Position numbers and translations under genes: made by a program. A stretch of 64,000 nt of DNA, taken from Cenococcum geophilum. Its lineage: Eukaryota. Where the stretch lies: contig CP158636.1 in NCBI GenBank assembly GCA_050273025.1, positions 620,001 to 684,000 on the forward strand, read 5' to 3'. Positions 62,568 to 64,000 of the stretch are shown in pieces. The notes under the pieces were generated by a model. That model was not told the DNA's origin and ran no database searches. It saw only the letters and a list, made by a program, of their open reading frames with translations. Each line of letters starts with the position of its first letter. The first letter of the stretch is position 1.

Positions 62568-64000
62568 TGTTGGTCACATAGGGTGACTCACCAATAACGA
62601 CTACTCGAGTAGGTTACAGTGATGTTGGTTAATAAAGCTTATTGATTGGAATGAGGAAGGGCGGGGAGCCTAAGACTCCTCGCCACGCTAGTGCCGCGGC
62701 ATCACGTGACGACCGCTTGCCTCATTCCCAACACTGGCAACTCTTCTTTTGTGGTTGTTATCTATATATAAATACTGCTTAACTAGCGTAATAAATATTA
62801 ATCCTCCTTACTTACTATTGCTATTATAATATAAGTCTCGCTGATTTAAAATTTGCCTCTTAGCACGTGGTGCTTTCTTACTTAAAGTTATAGGTGGATA
62901 TTATATTGGGGCCGCTAAGGCGCTAGTTATAAGCGAGCTAATAGCGATTTTCTATGCCGGGTATAGAAAATCCTAATTAGCTAGTTAAAATTAGGGTTTA
63001 TAAAATATTATACTCTTACTCCCTTTTAACCTAACCTTTAACTTATATATATAGAGTATTTATATTAACAAATATTTCTAAAGCCTTGTTTAGGTTTGCC
63101 TTTATTATTATATCTACTAGGTTATCTTAACCTGTTGGTTATATAAGGGGATATCACGTAGCTACGGTTCGTAGATAGTATGATAATTGTTGTTTTTATA
63201 TATGTTAGGGAGGGTGAGGAGCTTAAGGCTCCTTGCTACGCTACTGCCGCGGCGATACGTGATAGCAACTTACCGCACGTAACGGCAACTTGCCTTATAT
63301 GGTAACTACTTACCTTTATTCCTAATACTGGCAACTCTTCTTTTATAGTTGCTATCTATATATATATATACCGCTTAACTAGCGTAGCAAATATTAATCC
63401 TTCTTACTTACTATTGCTATTATAATATAAGTCTCGCTATCCCAAAATTTACCTCTTAGCACGTAGTGCTTTCTTACTTAGGAGTTATAGGTAGATATCT
63501 TGTTCGGAGGGCCGCTAAGGTACTAGTAGTAAGCAAGCTAATAGCAATTTTCTATCCCGGGGATAAAAAATCCTAATTAGCTGGGTTAAGTTAGGGTCTG
63601 CAGAATATTATGCTCTAAAAAGTCTTGGTAAGAGAATCTAACTAATTAGACAACTTTAACCGCTAGTTAAAGTTCCTAGATATCTTAAGACCTTATATAA
63701 CTAAGAAATTTCTAGGGATTCCCTTTTAACCTAACCTTTAACTTATATACGTAGAGTATTTATATTAACGAACGTCTCTAGTGCCTTATTTAGGTTCGCC
63801 TTTGTTATTATATTTGCCGGGTTATCTTAGCTATTAATCTATTAAATCTTAAAGAGTTCTTAATACTTATAGGATTGCTAAAGTACTATAATATTAATTA
63901 TAAGGCGCTTCTTTTTTATAGTACTAAGCTTAACTAAATACTTATAGAGGGAATATAAGTTAGTGTATATGATTATAGGGATAATAGGAAGTTTAAGTTA
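62568..64000. mobile_element. Tandem TRIM-like array (LTR-internal-LTR-internal), RIP'd
   Basis: TGTTGG..CCAACA unit 62568-62733, diverged copy 63133-63327; internal 62734-63132 repeated at 63328-~63830. Confidence 0.6.

Overview
Filamentous ascomycete (Pezizomycotina, probably Dothideomycete-like; inferred from gene content, short GT-AG introns with CTAAC branch sites and heavy RIP). Layout: (1) 1-~11 kb is an AT-rich, RIP-mutated nest of retroelements (Ty3/gypsy pieces on both strands, a Tad1-like LINE, an LTR and a 12-bp tandem array). (2) ~11.5-46.4 kb is gene-dense core: zinc-finger protein, Mcp1/DUF1691, TTL/Pby1-like, MCM10, RNase H2-B, DUO1, a Rum1/Sic1-like CDK inhibitor, GAL1, HMT1-type ABC transporter, a P450, DPM1, DEF1 and hypotheticals, with small MITE/mini-LTR insertions. 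(3) ~46.5-58.6 kb is an accessory island: a broken cutA/cut-1-like HAD gene and a divergent gldB-like aldo-keto reductase are separated by ~9.7 kb holding a RIP'd Tc1/mariner element and an intact six-exon Patatin-NB-ARC-TPR NLR, bracketed by a 26-bp inverted hairpin pair. (4) An F-box/LRR gene and a RIP'd TRIM-like tandem array end the window. Gene models and family calls were made by eye from the sequence and recalled motifs; no searches were run.
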